Shown here: positions 36,067 through 36,357 of the stretch, piece after piece
Numbering within the stretch: position 1 is the first letter of the stretch
Layout of the letters: the number at the start of each line of letters is the position of its first letter
Source of the DNA: Promethearchaeota archaeon
Lineage (GTDB): Archaea > Asgardarchaeota > Lokiarchaeia > Sigyniarchaeales > SOKP01
Direction: 5' to 3'
DNA length: 36,357 nucleotides
Assembly (NCBI GenBank): GCA_037386725.1
Contig: JARRLT010000048.1
Span: 1 to 36,357 of the forward strand
The notes under the pieces: generated by a model
What the model was told of the DNA's origin: nothing
The model's database searches: none
What the model saw: the letters and a program-made list of their open reading frames with translations, nothing else
Translations under genes and position numbers: made by a program

Positions 36067-36357
36067 AACTTCCGCCAGAGAACCCATGATCAGGATGACG
36101 GTCTTGGCATTCTCGGTGCGATAGGTTTCCACGGGTTTGTAATAACGTCCCGTAAGCTCGCCCCACTCCTGCCAGATTTCGCAAATGGGGCCGTAGGAAT
36201 TATTCAGCGCCACCTGGTGCGCCATCTTCACTTCGGCAAAAAGCTCCGGCAGGGCAAAGGCCCCCATGGTCACCGGCTGGGCGGGATCCAGCTTGTGGTA
36301 GGGCACCAGCTGCGGCAGAAAATTATCCACGGTCTCCTGGTCCAGCAGCTCGTGGGC
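36067..36357 (-). other. GC-rich (about 60% GC) fragment encoding part of a 2-oxoacid:ferredoxin oxidoreductase alpha subunit (PorA/KorA-like), fused in-frame to the AT-rich ORF; open to the window edge
   Basis: Translation AHELLDQETVDNFLPQLVPYHKLDPAQPVTMGAFALPELFAEVKMAHQVALNNSYGPICEIWQEWGELTGRYYKPVETYRTENAKTVILIMGS matches the conserved PorA/KorA region (..F.PevPY..kvDPenPvTqGpfa.P..y.E.r......A.......fGR.y..ve.Yr.eDAd.vivamGS). Homology ends exactly where base composition switches (about 36066-36072). Confidence 0.6.

Overview
This is an AT-rich (about 30% GC by eye) archaeal chromosomal window. Its gene content best fits an Asgard (Lokiarchaeia-like) archaeon; that lineage call is inference from the actin-family ATPase, gelsolin-like domain, two Roadblock/LC7 proteins, a vWA protein with Cdc48-N-like barrels and a DHCR24-like flavoenzyme.

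Genes are densely packed. A long minus-strand run covers 258-10971: a six-hairpin glycosidase-like gene, a TrmB-C-like coiled-coil protein, an inactive CHAT-like protein, a helical protein, an actin-family protein, a small K/E-rich coiled-coil protein, an AbrB-ACT regulator, a vWA protein, a Roadblock protein and a gelsolin-like protein. Housekeeping genes follow: an aldehyde dehydrogenase (GapN-like), frameshifted Nnr, an RNase Z-like MBL protein, a HAD hydrolase, a Dph6-like PP-loop ATPase and alpha/beta hydrolases. An intron-containing tRNA (anticodon GGU, Thr) lies at 17722-17825. Further on are tandem YhhN-family membrane proteins, a beta-carbonic-anhydrase-like protein, and an NfeD-flotillin fusion with an N-terminal His/Asp tandem repeat.

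At 23.9-32.1 kb, four copies of a DnaJ-CR-type CxxCxGxG zinc-finger mini-protein (two intact, two decayed) flank a block of genes. Within this block is a tightly coupled three-gene cassette: a DHCR24-like FAD oxidoreductase fused to DUF2229, a BadF/BcrAD/HgdC-type ATPase (activase), and a second DUF2229 protein. I regard this cassette as the most novel candidate system in the window. The block also holds an alpha/beta hydrolase and an LCM/TIGR00027-like methyltransferase.

Several genes are split by frameshifts at A/T homopolymers, which suggests assembly indels. Two short GC-rich segments encode bacterial-type protein fragments: a RapA/Snf2 helicase motif at 34804-34893 and a 2-oxoacid:ferredoxin oxidoreductase alpha fragment at 36067-36357. 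These look like chimeric or foreign insertions. No CRISPR array, rRNA or obvious mobile element was seen.
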